Assembly: GCA_029953675.1 (NCBI GenBank)
Contig: JAMWBK010000012.1
Location: 62,001-126,000, forward strand
DNA length: 64,000 nucleotides
DNA from: Rhodosorus marinus CCMP1338
Lineage: Eukaryota > Plantae > Rhodophyta
Direction: 5' to 3'
The notes under the pieces were generated by a model. It worked only from the letters and a program-made list of their open reading frames with translations, did no database searches and was not told the origin of the DNA. Below are positions 34,405-46,037 of this stretch, piece after piece; positions within the stretch are counted from its first letter, which is position 1; each line of letters begins with the position of its first letter. A program made the position numbers and the translations under genes.

Positions 34405-34885
34405 TTTTAATCGGAGACTGAAAAAAAAATCCCAGAGGGGAAAAAAGAGACTAAGCGCGTCGAAGGTCGCGCGCCTCCAGCATCGAACGAATGGTTTAAT
34501 CGGAGGCTGAAAAAAAAACCCCGAGGGGAAAAAAAGACTAAGCGCGGCGAAGTACTCGCGCCTCCAACATCAAAGCGGCATTCATGCGCCACAGCAGGAA
34601 ACTTAAGCGGGTAAACAACGATTGAAGACGGTCAGGGCGTTCGCGGAACAACTCCCGAAGCCAGCGAGAACCAACAGAGTCCATGAACCCAAAGCAGCAT
34701 CAAAGCAGCGTTCAAACGCCACAGCAAGAAAATTAAACGAGCAAACAACGAAGTCAGACGGTCGGGGCGTTCGCGGAATAATTGCGGAAGCCACGAGAAC
34801 CAACGGAATCCAGAAACCTAAAGCACTAGATGCTTTAGGTTTCTGGATTCCGTTGTCCAGAGGTACGAGGCGATGAGCTAGAGAA
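34405..34885 (-). mobile_element. Older family B copy with a young B copy (34485-34694) nested in it
   Basis: TSD CAGCATC at 34478-34484 and 34695-34701. Confidence 0.85.
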
Positions 34886-34924
34886 CGGGCGAGTTGATAA
34901 AGGAAACTAACCACAAGGTAGGTT

Positions 34925-36560
34925 GAGGGGGTTTGAGATTTTTTTTCGGTTGCGTCTTGAGTCGTACTCGGGTTTGAGAGTGCTCTTCGTAGGAAGCGCT
35001 TCCTCTGGTAGCCCCCGGCATTTTCTGGTTTCGTGGTTTGTTGCCCGGGCACTCTACCTTCTGGGTGGGTTCGCCCTAAGGAGTTGTCTGTCCTGTGGCG
35101 TTGGGTTGCGGGTTTTTTTTGGTCGGGGTTCGGTGGTGAAAATCCTGTTCAGCACATCCTCTCCTGATGGCCGGGGTCTCTCCGCGCCCCGCACCCTCGG
35201 GAGCGGAGCTCCCCGGTGACGAGGTGTCCATTGGGGCCGGACACGGCGTTTGCCTCAGCTCGGGCCCTTTCTCCACGCAGGTGTAGTTGAAGAGGCTTCT
35301 GGTACGCAAGTGCATGCCCTTCTCTCCGCGGTTACAAGCTTGATCACCGCCGCGGTTGACCGAGGTGTCCTACCCCAGCTAACCCAGCGACTCGGTTGCT
35401 GGAATCGGGGCTAATGTCGGGGAGGGGAGAGCGGGTCCAAAACGAGCCTCCGCGCTCGGTACTGGAGGAAAACGTTGTTGTCAATCTGAGGGAATCGGTT
35501 TGGAGGCGCGTGAATCCGTTTCGCCATCCTTAGCAGTCCAATCCTCCACCGCGGACTTTCCGTTCCTGGGCAAGCCCTCCAGGGGTCAACAGCTCCCGGC
35601 CCAGGCTGGTGCGAGTGGTCGACCCAACGCGGGGCCTTCTTACATCCAGGTACTGCGGAAGGGCACCACTGCCGCCCGTACGGCCGCTATGGTACTTTTC
35701 TTACCACCGCAAGAGCCTCAGCGTGGTCCTACCGAAACGGCTTTGGAATTTGTACAGGTGCGGAACGTTCGGCCGCAAGCAACCCGTGGCCAGGTTCCGA
35801 ACACGCGCGATTTCCTGAACGTCTTTGCGGAGTCCTTGGGCTGTATTCGAGACGAATTTAGTTTTGCCAACTACGAGGGTCGGGACGTCCTTTTCCTCTT
35901 TCCAGCGAACGCGGCAACCTACCTCCAGGCCTTGCTGGGCAAACCCACCAAATAGTGGGCCTGAGAGCGCCCGCTGGCTGCATTCGCACCCACAGGTCGC
36001 CAAGCATTTCGCGTTTGACCGTTTCTCGGGGCAATTTCTGTCCCCGGAGCAGACTGACGGGCTCTCCGAACAGGAGAGCAGCGTGAAGGAGGCAGCCATC
36101 CATTGGCTTCGCATTCACCGCATCGAGTGGATTTTGTTGGAGCGGTTCCGGTCAGGCCCGCGTCACCTGCGTACGGCCGTCTCCACCTTCTTTGATCAGG
36201 AGAGGCGCCTCGTGCTAGCTTCACATTACAATGCAGAGCTAAAGCGGCTTGGGGTTTTGGAGGGCTCTGCCCGTAGTACCAGGTCCCGTGAGAGTGGCGA
36301 CACTGTAGCGGCGGAGGACATGTCTCTTGAAAGAGTCCCGATGGATTTGTCGAATCTCGACGTCAACATACCGCGAGTCTTGCGGAGCGGGCGTGTGACA
36401 CCTTTAGGGCGGCCATACAGCACTCGCGTTAGGGCAGACTCCCCAGGGTCAAAGAGGGAGCAAGACGATTAGTTCCTCTGGTTTGGCTGCGAGTTCGGAG
36501 CCAATGGACCTGCAGGCTTTCGTTCAGAAAGAGGGTGTAGACTGGGGTATCTGGCGGACG
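34925..36560 (+). mobile_element. Older family A subfamily copy: 5'UTR, decayed ORF1, inter-ORF hairpin, start of ORF2
   Basis: QVRNVRPQATRGQVP, FANYEGRDVLF, AAIHWLRIHR; ATG GAC CTG CAG start of ORF2. Confidence 0.85.
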
Positions 36561-37245
36561 CGTTTTCCCTCGCCAGGAGACCCGATTCCAGCCCCCCTAG
36601 CTTCTGGGTGAGCTGAGGAATGACACCACGTTCGCCCGCGGCCGTAATCAGGCTTGTTACAGCAGAGAGCAGGGCACGCACTTGCGTACCAGAGGCGCCC
36701 TGTAACTCCACCTGCGTGGAGAAAGGGCCCGCACGAAGAGACACTCTGTGTCCACCCTCAGTAGACACCTCCGCCCGCGGGGTCTCCGGATCCTAGGAGT
36801 GGAGCGCGGAGGAACCCCGGCCATCACGGAAGAGTATGTTGAACAGGAGTTTCACGAAGGAACCCGACCCAAATATCCCGCACAATCCAGCGCCGCAGAC
36901 CGAAAACTCTGGATCGAACACACCCAAAGGGGGAGAATCCCCGATAACCAACCACGAAACCCCCAAAAGCGGGGGAAAAGACAGCGAGAGGATGCCCCTG
37001 CAACGAGGAACACTCTCGGACCGCAACACGACTCCAATCGCAATCCGGAAACCAACTCAAATCCCCCTAATAACAAGCATTACCAGCATATCCTGAAGCG
37101 CTACGCAAGGCGTGAAAAGGAACTAAGAACTAGGAAGGGAAGCGTGCAAACCCAGGCGCCGATCACGCGCCTCGGCAAGTATGCTGCTAGAATATCGCCA
37201 CAGGGCGGCACTCAAACGCCGTAAAAGCGCCAAAGTAGTATACGG
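36560..37245 (-). mobile_element. Family A variant 5' fragment (36560-37035) preceded tail-to-head by a 3' fragment (37040-37245)
   Basis: GASGTQVRALLSAVTSLITAA; 3'UTR ctgaagcgctacgcaaggcgtgaaaagg. Confidence 0.8.
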
Positions 37246-37249
37246 GTAG

Positions 37250-38590
37250 CTTGAAGTAAAGGCGACGAAGACCCAAGGCTATCCAGGAAGACATCGGTCT
37301 AAGCTTTGCGGTGAGCAAGACAACAATTGGGTTATAAGTTGCGATATACAGGGTACGAGACGGTCGCTTAGTTGCACAAGAGACTTCTGATGGGCGCATC
37401 AGAATTCAGGATGTGCCAGGAAACGTTACCGCTATGTCCCAACTTACGATGCCAACTCATCAGCGTGTTGTCTATCTCCTCAGTTTTGGCTACATAGCCG
37501 TTATCGCTTCCTGACACATCCTGAATTCTGGTGCGCCCGTCAGAAGTCCCTTGTGCCACTAGGCGACCCTCTCATACCCTGTATATCGCAACTTTCGTGT
37601 TGAAGCGAACCTCATAACCCTTCTTTGTCAGTACTCTTACTGACAAGATGTTGCCCGTCGCCAATGGTGCATAGAGTACGTTCCGGATTTCATACTCCAC
37701 TCCCATCATTTTCACACAAACTGAGCCCGCCTCCTTTGCTTGTGCATTCAGCACCACTTGCTGTGCGGATTCTAAGCGGGTCAATCTTATTCAACTCCAC
37801 GAAATAATTCCTTTCGGGAGTCATGTGCTGACTCGCCCTGGAGTCCACCAACCAGCTCGACGTCTCACCCGGGTTGCAGTGTGATTCACTGACTTCGGCG
37901 GTCACCAATTCTCTTTGACCCCCTCTCTCCTCATTGTCTCGGAGTCTCCTCCTGCATTCTTTCTTCCAATGCCCTGCATTTCCGCAGTAATGGCATTCGC
38001 CGAATTTCTTGGTGATCTTTTACGCTGCCATTGCCGTTACTTCGGGCCTTTTTTCCACTTATCTTTTTCGACGTGCCCTGCCTCACAGAAGCTCCGCGCG
38101 GAGCTTCTCTGTGACCTCAGCGAGTGTTGGAACATCGCTCTGATTTCGTTGGATTTCGGCGAAGGTTTCGCAGTCTCTCGGAAGACTTTTCAACAAACGA
38201 TACGTTGCCTATGTGTTGCTGACGTCTTCCCCAAGCAGCTCCAACTCGATCCTGATACGGTTAAACTTCTTCACGTTTTCTCTCACCCCGACCTCGGAAT
38301 CCATGTCGAAAGAATGAAAGGAACCGATAAGGCGGAACTTGTTCTCAATCCTAGTGGATCTGAAAGCCTTTTCCAATTCCGTCCACAATTTCCCTGCGTG
38401 GTCGCTACACCTCATCGCGTAGTCAATGTACTCTGTCCCCATCGACTCGACCATCAAACTCAATGCCGCATCACTAGCATCCGTTCCAACGCCATGCTTT
38501 TCTCCTTCTGTTAGAGCCTCCAGGACAGCCGCACCTCGCTTCTTCGCAGCCCTCTTTATCCGGAAAGCCCATTCCGGATAGTTTACTTCG
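37250..38590 (-). mobile_element. Ty1/Copia remnant: gag, zinc knuckle, protease, gag-pre-integrase
   Basis: KLWTELEKAF; CHYCGNAGHWKKEC (CX2CX4HX4C); WLVDSRASQHMT; NVLYAP..GNILSV; WHRKLGH. Confidence 0.9.
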
Positions 38591-38639
38591 CTCAGTTATG
38601 GAATCAACTGCCTTTCCTCAGAAATTATCTTTGTGCCCA

Positions 38640-38825
38640 GGTCTTGAACCCTGGGCTCATAACTCACCGCAACTCCCACAGGAATTGCTTCGATCTGAGT
38701 CAACCCCCGAGCAAAGGTCTCAGGGGAAGGCAGCGAGAGGATGCGCCTGCAACGAGGGAACACTCTCGGACCCGAACACGACTCCAACCGCAACCGAAAA
38801 CCAACTCAAACCCCAAAAGAAAACC
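38640..38825 (-). mobile_element. Internally deleted family A variant (5'UTR fused to an RT fragment)
   Basis: 5'UTR similar to 36950-37035, joined to PETFARGLTQIEAI. Confidence 0.65.
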
Positions 38826-38932
38826 TTGCTGTACTGCTTTTTACTGGCTTTACTCGCCTACGCTGCTTTTTACTGGACTTCACTGGACTTTACTAGCATA
38901 GCCTGAAGCGCTACGCAAGGCGTGAAGATGAA

Positions 38933-41900
38933 CTAATAACTAGGGAGGGAAGTATGCAACCCCAGGCGCCGATGGCGCGCCTCGGACAGCATGTCGCTGG
39001 AATATCGCCAAAGGGAGACACTTAAACGCCTCAAGAGCGCCAAATATTCAGTAGGATGCTCAGCAAAACATTTCCGCAACCACTCTAAACCCGACTTATC
39101 CACGTGACCAAAGCTTTCCACAATGAATGGCTGGAACCGGTGAGAGCGACCCTCAGCGCAAGGCAGACTGGCCATGCTCTCAGCATACCGTCGTTCCTTA
39201 ACTCTTCGAAGGGCTGAAGCCGCGGCCCCCCGGCGGCGGGCGGCTGCGGTGAGGTGGGCGCTGGCCACGGGGCAGGTAATCGCAAGGTCCACATATGTTG
39301 AGCGTCTGGCAGCAGCGTCAGAGACGAGGAGATCGGCTATACAACGGGGCGGTGCAGAGTCCGAGATGGATCTGGGCAGTTCCGACTCAACCTCAACCGT
39401 ATGCCCTATTCGAGTCAAAAATTCGCTGAGGATGTACTTGAGGCGAGTGTGACGCCTCGTACGGAGACCTCGCAACAGTCCGCAGGAACCCAGGAAGTGG
39501 TAGCCACAAGCGTCAATCCGGCTCTCACATCCCTGACAGAAAGACGGCCGATTAGAGTGCCACGGAGCCTGTGGCAAACCGAGATAGATCCGTGCGGCAG
39601 AACGGAACTGGAAAGCATCGAGACGATGACTCAATGACGACGGTAGAGTGGTTAACCACAAGTGCGAGAGGTGGCCTCCCATGCCGCGGAGACGAGCGGC
39701 AGTGGTAGGCGGCGTGAGAGGAGAATTGAGCATGACTGTGTGAGCGGCACTGTGTTGGCCCCAGGTGAGGCTATGTTGAATCACATCAGTGCGGGAGCTC
39801 CACAATCGGCTCAAACCCGGGTAGTCTGCAACAGGGGACCCGGGGCTAGCCTCTCCGTCATCGGCAAGAACTCGGTCGAGGGGAGAATCCTCAATCGCTT
39901 CAGCTCGTCCCCATAACAGCTCCCTCCAGGAACGAAAGCGGGACCGATTTGCGTCCGGCACGGCGTTGCACCTCCTGAACGCGTGTTGAAGACCATCATA
40001 AATTGTCAAAAGCGGGGGCGGCAGGGTCACTGGATCCTCGTTGGTCAAAGCTCGAGCCAAGAGGCAGGCACTTCGCATCTGGAAGGTCACCAACGTTCGC
40101 AGCGCGGTAGCCCAGGAGGCAACCGCCGCTGGCGAGCATACCAGCCCACGGTCTGCGACGCCGAATCCCCCTAATCGCAACGGTAGAGCGATCTGTGCAC
40201 GAATAAAGTCCCTGTCGGGAGCAGCTTCAAGATCGAGGGGCTCATCCAAGAGCGTTCCCCAGTGTTGCAGGGTCATTTCGTCGGCTTTAGCCGCGATCCA
40301 CGAGCCCCAAGCTGGAGGCAGGCTGCGCAACCAGTAGTTGAGTCTGGGACCGGCACAAAAGCGGGAAAGCAAGCAGGCCGATTGCAGCATGCTGTCGGGT
40401 AGGTGCTCAATGGCGTCGGTGAGTTGCTTGTGCCGTGCCAAAACTCGCTCGCAGGATGCTTGGACAAAGTTGTCAGTCCCCAATCCGACGCCGTGGTGTT
40501 CGAACCCTTCACGTTCGCTGATTAGTCGCAGAGTGGGTGGCAGAGAGTTCAGCGACACGTCCCTCGTGGGGAGAAAGCGACATTTTTCTGTTTCCACAGT
40601 CAAACCGACGCGACGTGCAATCGCTTCGATCGCGGTCAGTCCCCTAGCCAGGGTGTCAGGGGTGCCCAGCAATGTTACGTCATCGTGGTACGCGCAGATT
40701 CGAAGATCCGAGACCTCAGTCGAAAGACGTAAAAGTACGAGCTGTAGGGCACAGGCATGAAGAAGAGGTCCGCAAGGGTCGCCTTGTTGGACGCCAGTAT
40801 GTGCTTGAAAAACAGTGCCCTCCGTTGTCAAGTAGGGGAGGCTCTCCCCTCCGTAAATACCCGATAGAAACGGCCACGCCTCCGGAAACACACGTCGGAG
40901 CACCTCTAGCGCATGCGTCCGCGACACGCTGTTGAATGCGTTCCGGAAATCAACCACCAAGACTCCCCACTCCGGCCTACTGGCGCGTTCTAGCTCGATC
41001 CCATGGGTGATCAGTTCGCAACCCCCAGAAAATCCCACCCCTACTTGCAAGGGCGCCATAAAAGCTGTGACGCGCTGGCGAAGGCGCTGGCATAGCCACC
41101 TCCCGGCTAACTTCCGTAGGCTCTCCACCATCCCGATCGGCCGGAGACGCGGGTGGGCCGGCTGGTGGTCAGGTTTCGTGAGCAAGCAAAGCTGTGCCTG
41201 CCGGAGATGTTCCCATGGCGCGGACGCACCCGATACGCCCTGGAACAACTTGTTAAGGATCCTCAGAAGCGCGCTCTGGCCAGGCTGGCTCAGGGCCTGC
41301 AATAGCTCTGTTCTTAGTCCGGAGGGTCCGGGACAGCGTCCCCGACGCGAGGTACGAAGCAAATCCTCCAGGTCAGACTCACTGAGCGTCAGATCGATGC
41401 GAAACCTGGCCAACTCCGGACGGTCCAAGAATACCTCGAATTCAGGGGACAAATCCACGTCGGACTCAGGGAACAAAGACGACACCGTCTGGGCGAGACT
41501 ATCATCGTAGGGGAGGACAGGCGCCTGGCCCTCCAAACCCGCGCCGCTCGACTTAAATCGCCCACTGCTACCAATTTCTGTACTCGAGCTGGCACGGGCG
41601 ACACTGTGCCATGCCGAGTCCGACGGGCGGATGGTGCTGACGACGCCAAATAGCTGCGCTGTAGTACTTCGAAGTCTCCCTTCAAGAACAGGGCCAGTCG
41701 GTCTCGTACTCGCCATCTGCGCTCCGATGTGTGAATGGGGGCCAGAATCAGGCGCGGCATGACCCCCAGAAAAACCCAAATGACTGTGTCCCGAATGTTG
41801 CGAGCCAGGCTCGTGAAGATGAAATCGAGAATGGTTCCAGCTACTAGAAGGTCTCCACGAGGAAGGACGACTGGGGGAATGCCCCCACGGAGGGGAAGCG

Positions 41901-42003
41901 AGCCTCCTTCCAAAGAAATCCACCGCCGGAGCCAACTCCGAAAACGCGTACGCCAAATGCCCCAGTCTCCGCCCTCCTTCAGGACATAAGACTGTAGATC
42001 CAT
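38933..42003 (-). pseudogene. Family A ORF2 (about 1023 aa if repaired), single 1-nt deletion near 41537
   Basis: ccctccaaacccgc here versus ccctccaaaacccgc in the other copies. Confidence 0.9.
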
Positions 42004-42034
42004 AGGCTGCGACCTCGCAGCCGTGCCTGGAGCG

Positions 42035-43444
42035 CTAATCGTGCTTCTCCCCCTTAGACCCGGGGGAGTCGGTCCTCGCTCTCTTACCTCCTATCCGCAC
42101 CAAAGTCGTGAGCCTCCCACTCCGCGAGGCTCGCGGAACGGATCCCGCGGGCTTCAGCAAAGTAACCTGGGCGTCCTCCACCGCCATGCCCTCAGTCTGC
42201 TCCCCTGCCTCACCACTCTCGCTGGAAGTAGTGCTGGAAGCAGAGCCCTCCAAAATCCCCACCCGCTGCAGCTCTGTCTTGTAGCGCGAAGTCAGCACAA
42301 GTCGCCTCTCCAGATCGAAGAAACTGGAAACCGCCATGCGCAGGTGACGAGGGCCCGACCGGAACCGCTCCAACAAGATCCTCTCAAGGCGCTGAATCCG
42401 TAGCCAATGGATCGCTGCCGCCTTCACGCTGCTCTCATGCTCAGAGAGCCCTGCCGTTTCTCCCGGAGACAGGAAATTGCCCGAGAAACGGTCAAAATCC
42501 AAGTGCAAAACCACCTGCGGGTTGCAGCGCAGCCACCGGGCGCTCTCAGGCCACTGCTCGGTAGGCTTCGCCAGCAAGGCCTCCAGGTACTTGGCGGCGG
42601 TTGCGGAGACCAAAAACAGCACATCGCGGCCCTCATAGTTTGCGAAGAAGAAATCACCCCGGCTGCACCCTAACGATTCCGCAAAAGTGTCCCGGAAGTC
42701 TCGCATAGACGGAACCTGTCCTCGTGTAGTCTGGGGCCGGACATTTCGCACCCACAGAAATTGGAGAGTGGTCTCCACAGGTCCATCCTGAGGCTCGCGA
42801 GATGGTATGAAACGGAGCATAGCCGCCGTACGTGTGGCAGTGGTGCCCTTCCGCAAGACTGATGCGTACGAAGCGCCCCCCTTGCGGCCACCACGTGCCC
42901 CCGAAGTAGCCGGGAGCTGGTGACGACCTGAGGGCTGGTCCAAGAGAGGGAAGTCCACAGCTGCAGTCTCCTCCACACCGGTTGCCGCACAGTCACCACC
43001 ACCATTGCCTCGAGTCCCCGAGCGCTGAAGCGCGTTTTGGCCCGGCCTGCCGCTCCCCAACGTCGTACTGTCCCGCGCAGAAGCAACAGCCCTCGCCTGT
43101 CCCGGGACAGGTTCATGTTGATTGACCGGATGTTGACTGCCTTCAGCCAACGCTGCCACTCTGGGGCAATTCAAATTCTCGTCCGAATTTGAATTTGACC
43201 TGGCCAGCAATCCCGATTCCAGCCCACCTAGCTTCTGGGTGAGCTGAGGGAGCACTCCACGATCACTCGCAGCCGTGATCAGGCTGGTGACAGCGGAGAT
43301 AAGTGAACGCGCCTGGGTGCCAGAAGCGCCTTCCAAGTCAACCTCGGAAGAAAAGGTGCCGCAGCTGAGGCGAACACGGAGTCCCCCACCTGGCAGTGCC
43401 TCCTTGGGAAAAGGCTCCGTCGAGTGCGGAGATATCCCTACCAT
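42035..43444 (-). CDS. Family A ORF1 protein, intact, 469 aa
   Basis: Open frame from the ATG conserved across subfamilies (M[VA]G[IV]) to GSKGEKHD*. Confidence 0.85.
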   Translation of the reverse strand: MVGISPHSTEPFPKEALPGGGLRVRLSCGTFSSEVDLEGASGTQARSLISAVTSLITAASDRGVLPQLTQKLGGLESGLLARSNSNSDENLNCPRVAALAEGSQHPVNQHEPVPGQARAVASARDSTTLGSGRPGQNALQRSGTRGNGGGDCAATGVEETAAVDFPLLDQPSGRHQLPATSGARGGRKGGASYASVLRKGTTATRTAAMLRFIPSREPQDGPVETTLQFLWVRNVRPQTTRGQVPSMRDFRDTFAESLGCSRGDFFFANYEGRDVLFLVSATAAKYLEALLAKPTEQWPESARWLRCNPQVVLHLDFDRFSGNFLSPGETAGLSEHESSVKAAAIHWLRIQRLERILLERFRSGPRHLRMAVSSFFDLERRLVLTSRYKTELQRVGILEGSASSTTSSESGEAGEQTEGMAVEDAQVTLLKPAGSVPRASRSGRLTTLVRIGGKRARTDSPGSKGEKHD

Positions 43445-43585
43445 CCTGAGGGAATCCGCCAAGGAAACGTTGCACCACCAATATGAAACCGCACCGAGAG
43501 AATAATCGACCAAACCCAACCCAAATAGGAAAGGCCCCGCAACTCACCCACCCGGAAGACAGAAGTAGTTGCAAATGCAAACGAC

Positions 43586-44280
43586 TTCACTAGCATAGCC
43601 TGAAGCGCTACGCAAGGCGTGAAGATGAACTAATAACTAGGGAGGGAAGTATGCAACCCCAGGCGCCGATGGCGCGCCTCGGAAAGCATGTCGCTGGAAT
43701 ATCGCCAAAGGGAGACACTTAAACGCCTCAAGAGCGCCAAATATTCAGTAGGATGCTCAGCAAAACATTTCCGCAACCACTCTAAACCCGACTTATCCAC
43801 GTGACCAAAGCTTTCCACAATGAATGGCTGGAACCGGTGAGAGCGACCCTCAGCGCAAGGCAGACTGGCCATGCTCTCAGCATACCGTCGTTCCTTAACT
43901 CTTCGAAGGGCTGAAGCCGCGGCCCCCCGGCGGCGGGCGGCTGCGGTGAGGTGGGCGCTTTTTACTGGCATAGCCTGAAGCGCTACGCAAAGCGTGGATT
44001 GAAACTAAGAACTCAGGAGAGAAACATGCAAACCTAAGCGCCGATGGCGCGCCTCGGCAAGCATGCCGCTAGAATATCGCCACAGGGCGACACGGAAACG
44101 GCGTAAGAGTTCCAAGTATTCCATAGGATGCTCAGCAACATAGACTGATGCACTACGCAAGACTTACATAAGGAAATTAAGGACCAGAGAGAAGAGCATC
44201 CAAGCCTAGGCGGCAGTGGCGCGCCTCGGTGAGCATGTTGCTAGAAGACCGCCAGAGAGCGACAATACGGCGGAGGAGCA
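43586..44280 (-). mobile_element. Chain of three family A 3'-end fragments (43586-43956, 43967-44137, 44140-44280)
   Basis: Each repeats the 3'UTR and ARHRRLG coding end; divergence increases rightward. Confidence 0.85.
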
Positions 44281-46037
44281 CTAGATGTATTCACGATGTT
44301 TGGTGAACTATTTTCGCAGCCCCTTTATTACTTGTCTCGGAGTATCCCTCGCTAGCATGCCAACAAGTTTGGCTCGTATAGATCTCGCATGGTTTCATCC
44401 AACTCTTCTAAGTCAACGCAGACTCTATGCGCATGTCTCCCTTCAACATGTCTGTTTCTACCAGGATCTGAACGTTAATAGTTCCATCAACACGTTTCAG
44501 GGACATGTGCTACTATTCAACCCACCCTCACCAGAGGAGCTGAGCTGCTTCTGCTCCTCGACGACTCCTCCGTTTCCATCCTCGCAGGCCGGCTAAAATT
44601 TGCCAGACAGTGTTTTTCACGGAAGGGGATTCAATTCAGCATGAAATAGGTTTTTAGCTACAGGCGTTGCTCTCCGACGCTTTGACAATGACTCATAACC
44701 GCGGGGGATCCCTATATATAGGATCCACGTCCACTTCGGAACATCCAAATTCCTAATTGTGTTTATTTCTGTTAGTATAGATTGCATTGTTTATATTTAT
44801 AGCCATATTACAGGAACATGGATATTTTCTACGATATCAAAAATAATGATATTCGTTAAAACAAATTAATGAAGGGCACCATCGCCGTTTATCATCTTCA
44901 TTGGAAACAACGATAAACTTTTTAGTATAATTATATTGTTCTTCGAATGTATCCATCGTCAGATTTAGACTGTATACAATACAAAATATAGTAAAAACTA
45001 TATTATGCTCATTAAAATAAATATTTTACTAGCCGGGTACGTAAAAATTGGATTCCATCAGATCGTAATTTTGTCGGTCAAAGAATTTCATCGGCAGTTA
45101 AGCCTTTGTATCAAATACAATTATGTAATTCAACATATTTCTGAAGTTTTGTACTAATATCGTACTGGTAGTACAGGACAATGGTGTCCTTGGTAATCGG
45201 TTAACGTTGTAGTGATCCTCAGGGAGCGAGGAGGCAGTGGTATGTTGCTTTAGATAAGATCTGAAAGACACAGTTGACGACCTTTGTCTCTAAAATCCTC
45301 TCAAAACATAAAAATATCTTCGAAGGACCCCGCAGAGTTTGGGGTTTTGCCTCATGCGATAACTTTCGAACGCTTTTTTAAGGTACTGAGGAAGCGCGTG
45401 CGGGTGCCTGAGATTCAAAGCGGAGATGGGTTCTCCGGTTAGAGGCTTCACGCATGGTTATCCGTTCACCGTGGTGGTTTACACCACGGTGACCCAGGAG
45501 GTGATCCTCACTTACCAAAACATCGGTTCTAGGTAGTAATTGAGCTCTCCTGCTCGAACAAGTTTACTACATCACCGACACTGTAGTAATCCACAAGCAA
45601 TCAAAATCAAACTTGCCGGGTGTGATGATGGATCTCGAGGGGACTGGAAAGGTGCAGCGGGCTTCCTGCAAAGGTCCGTTTTCATCTCTCACCGCGGGCA
45701 AGGCGAGGATGGTGAGATCCTCTATGGTGTCTGTCGTCCTCACTCGTTCTCGATCTTTTAGACAAGTGGATTGCTCAGTTTGAACGGAAAATCTGTGTCT
45801 GGGGTAGCATTTTTGGACAATCACGTTTTGTGGTACATGTATACTGAATGAATCCGCAAAGAAGAGAGCAAAGAGAACATGTTATACAAAGCCGAAGCTA
45901 CAAGAGGCTATGCTAGTAAAGTCCAGTCCACAAAAGGCGGTCTGCTAAAGTGGCAGAGAGAGGATAACATGCTCAAATGCCTCGGAGATGTGTGAGGATT
46001 CCTTCCCACCAGGAAGGGAGAGGTTCCCGTTGGAGAC

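Larger units (their letters stand above)
38877..43585 (-). mobile_element. Family A young copy lacking about 115 nt of the 5' end
   Basis: Near-identical to 7580-12361; part of a composite flanked by TSD GCTTTTTACT(GG). Confidence 0.95.

Noticed and set aside
36950-37035. HDV-like ribozyme at element 5' ends (GGGGGAT / ATCCTCT pairing)
   Set aside because: P3/L3 length and the P1.1 GG do not fit, and the sister copy at 38730-38820 lacks the pairing. A covariance-model scan would be needed to exclude it fully.
38933-41956. 1007-aa ORF as an intact protein
   Set aside because: Its first 140 or so residues are an alternative frame caused by the 1-nt deletion near 41537; the real start is 42003.
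45000-45180. TGA=Trp (mitochondrial code) reading frame
   Set aside because: Two TGA stops are followed shortly by TAA stops; too short to support a code reassignment.
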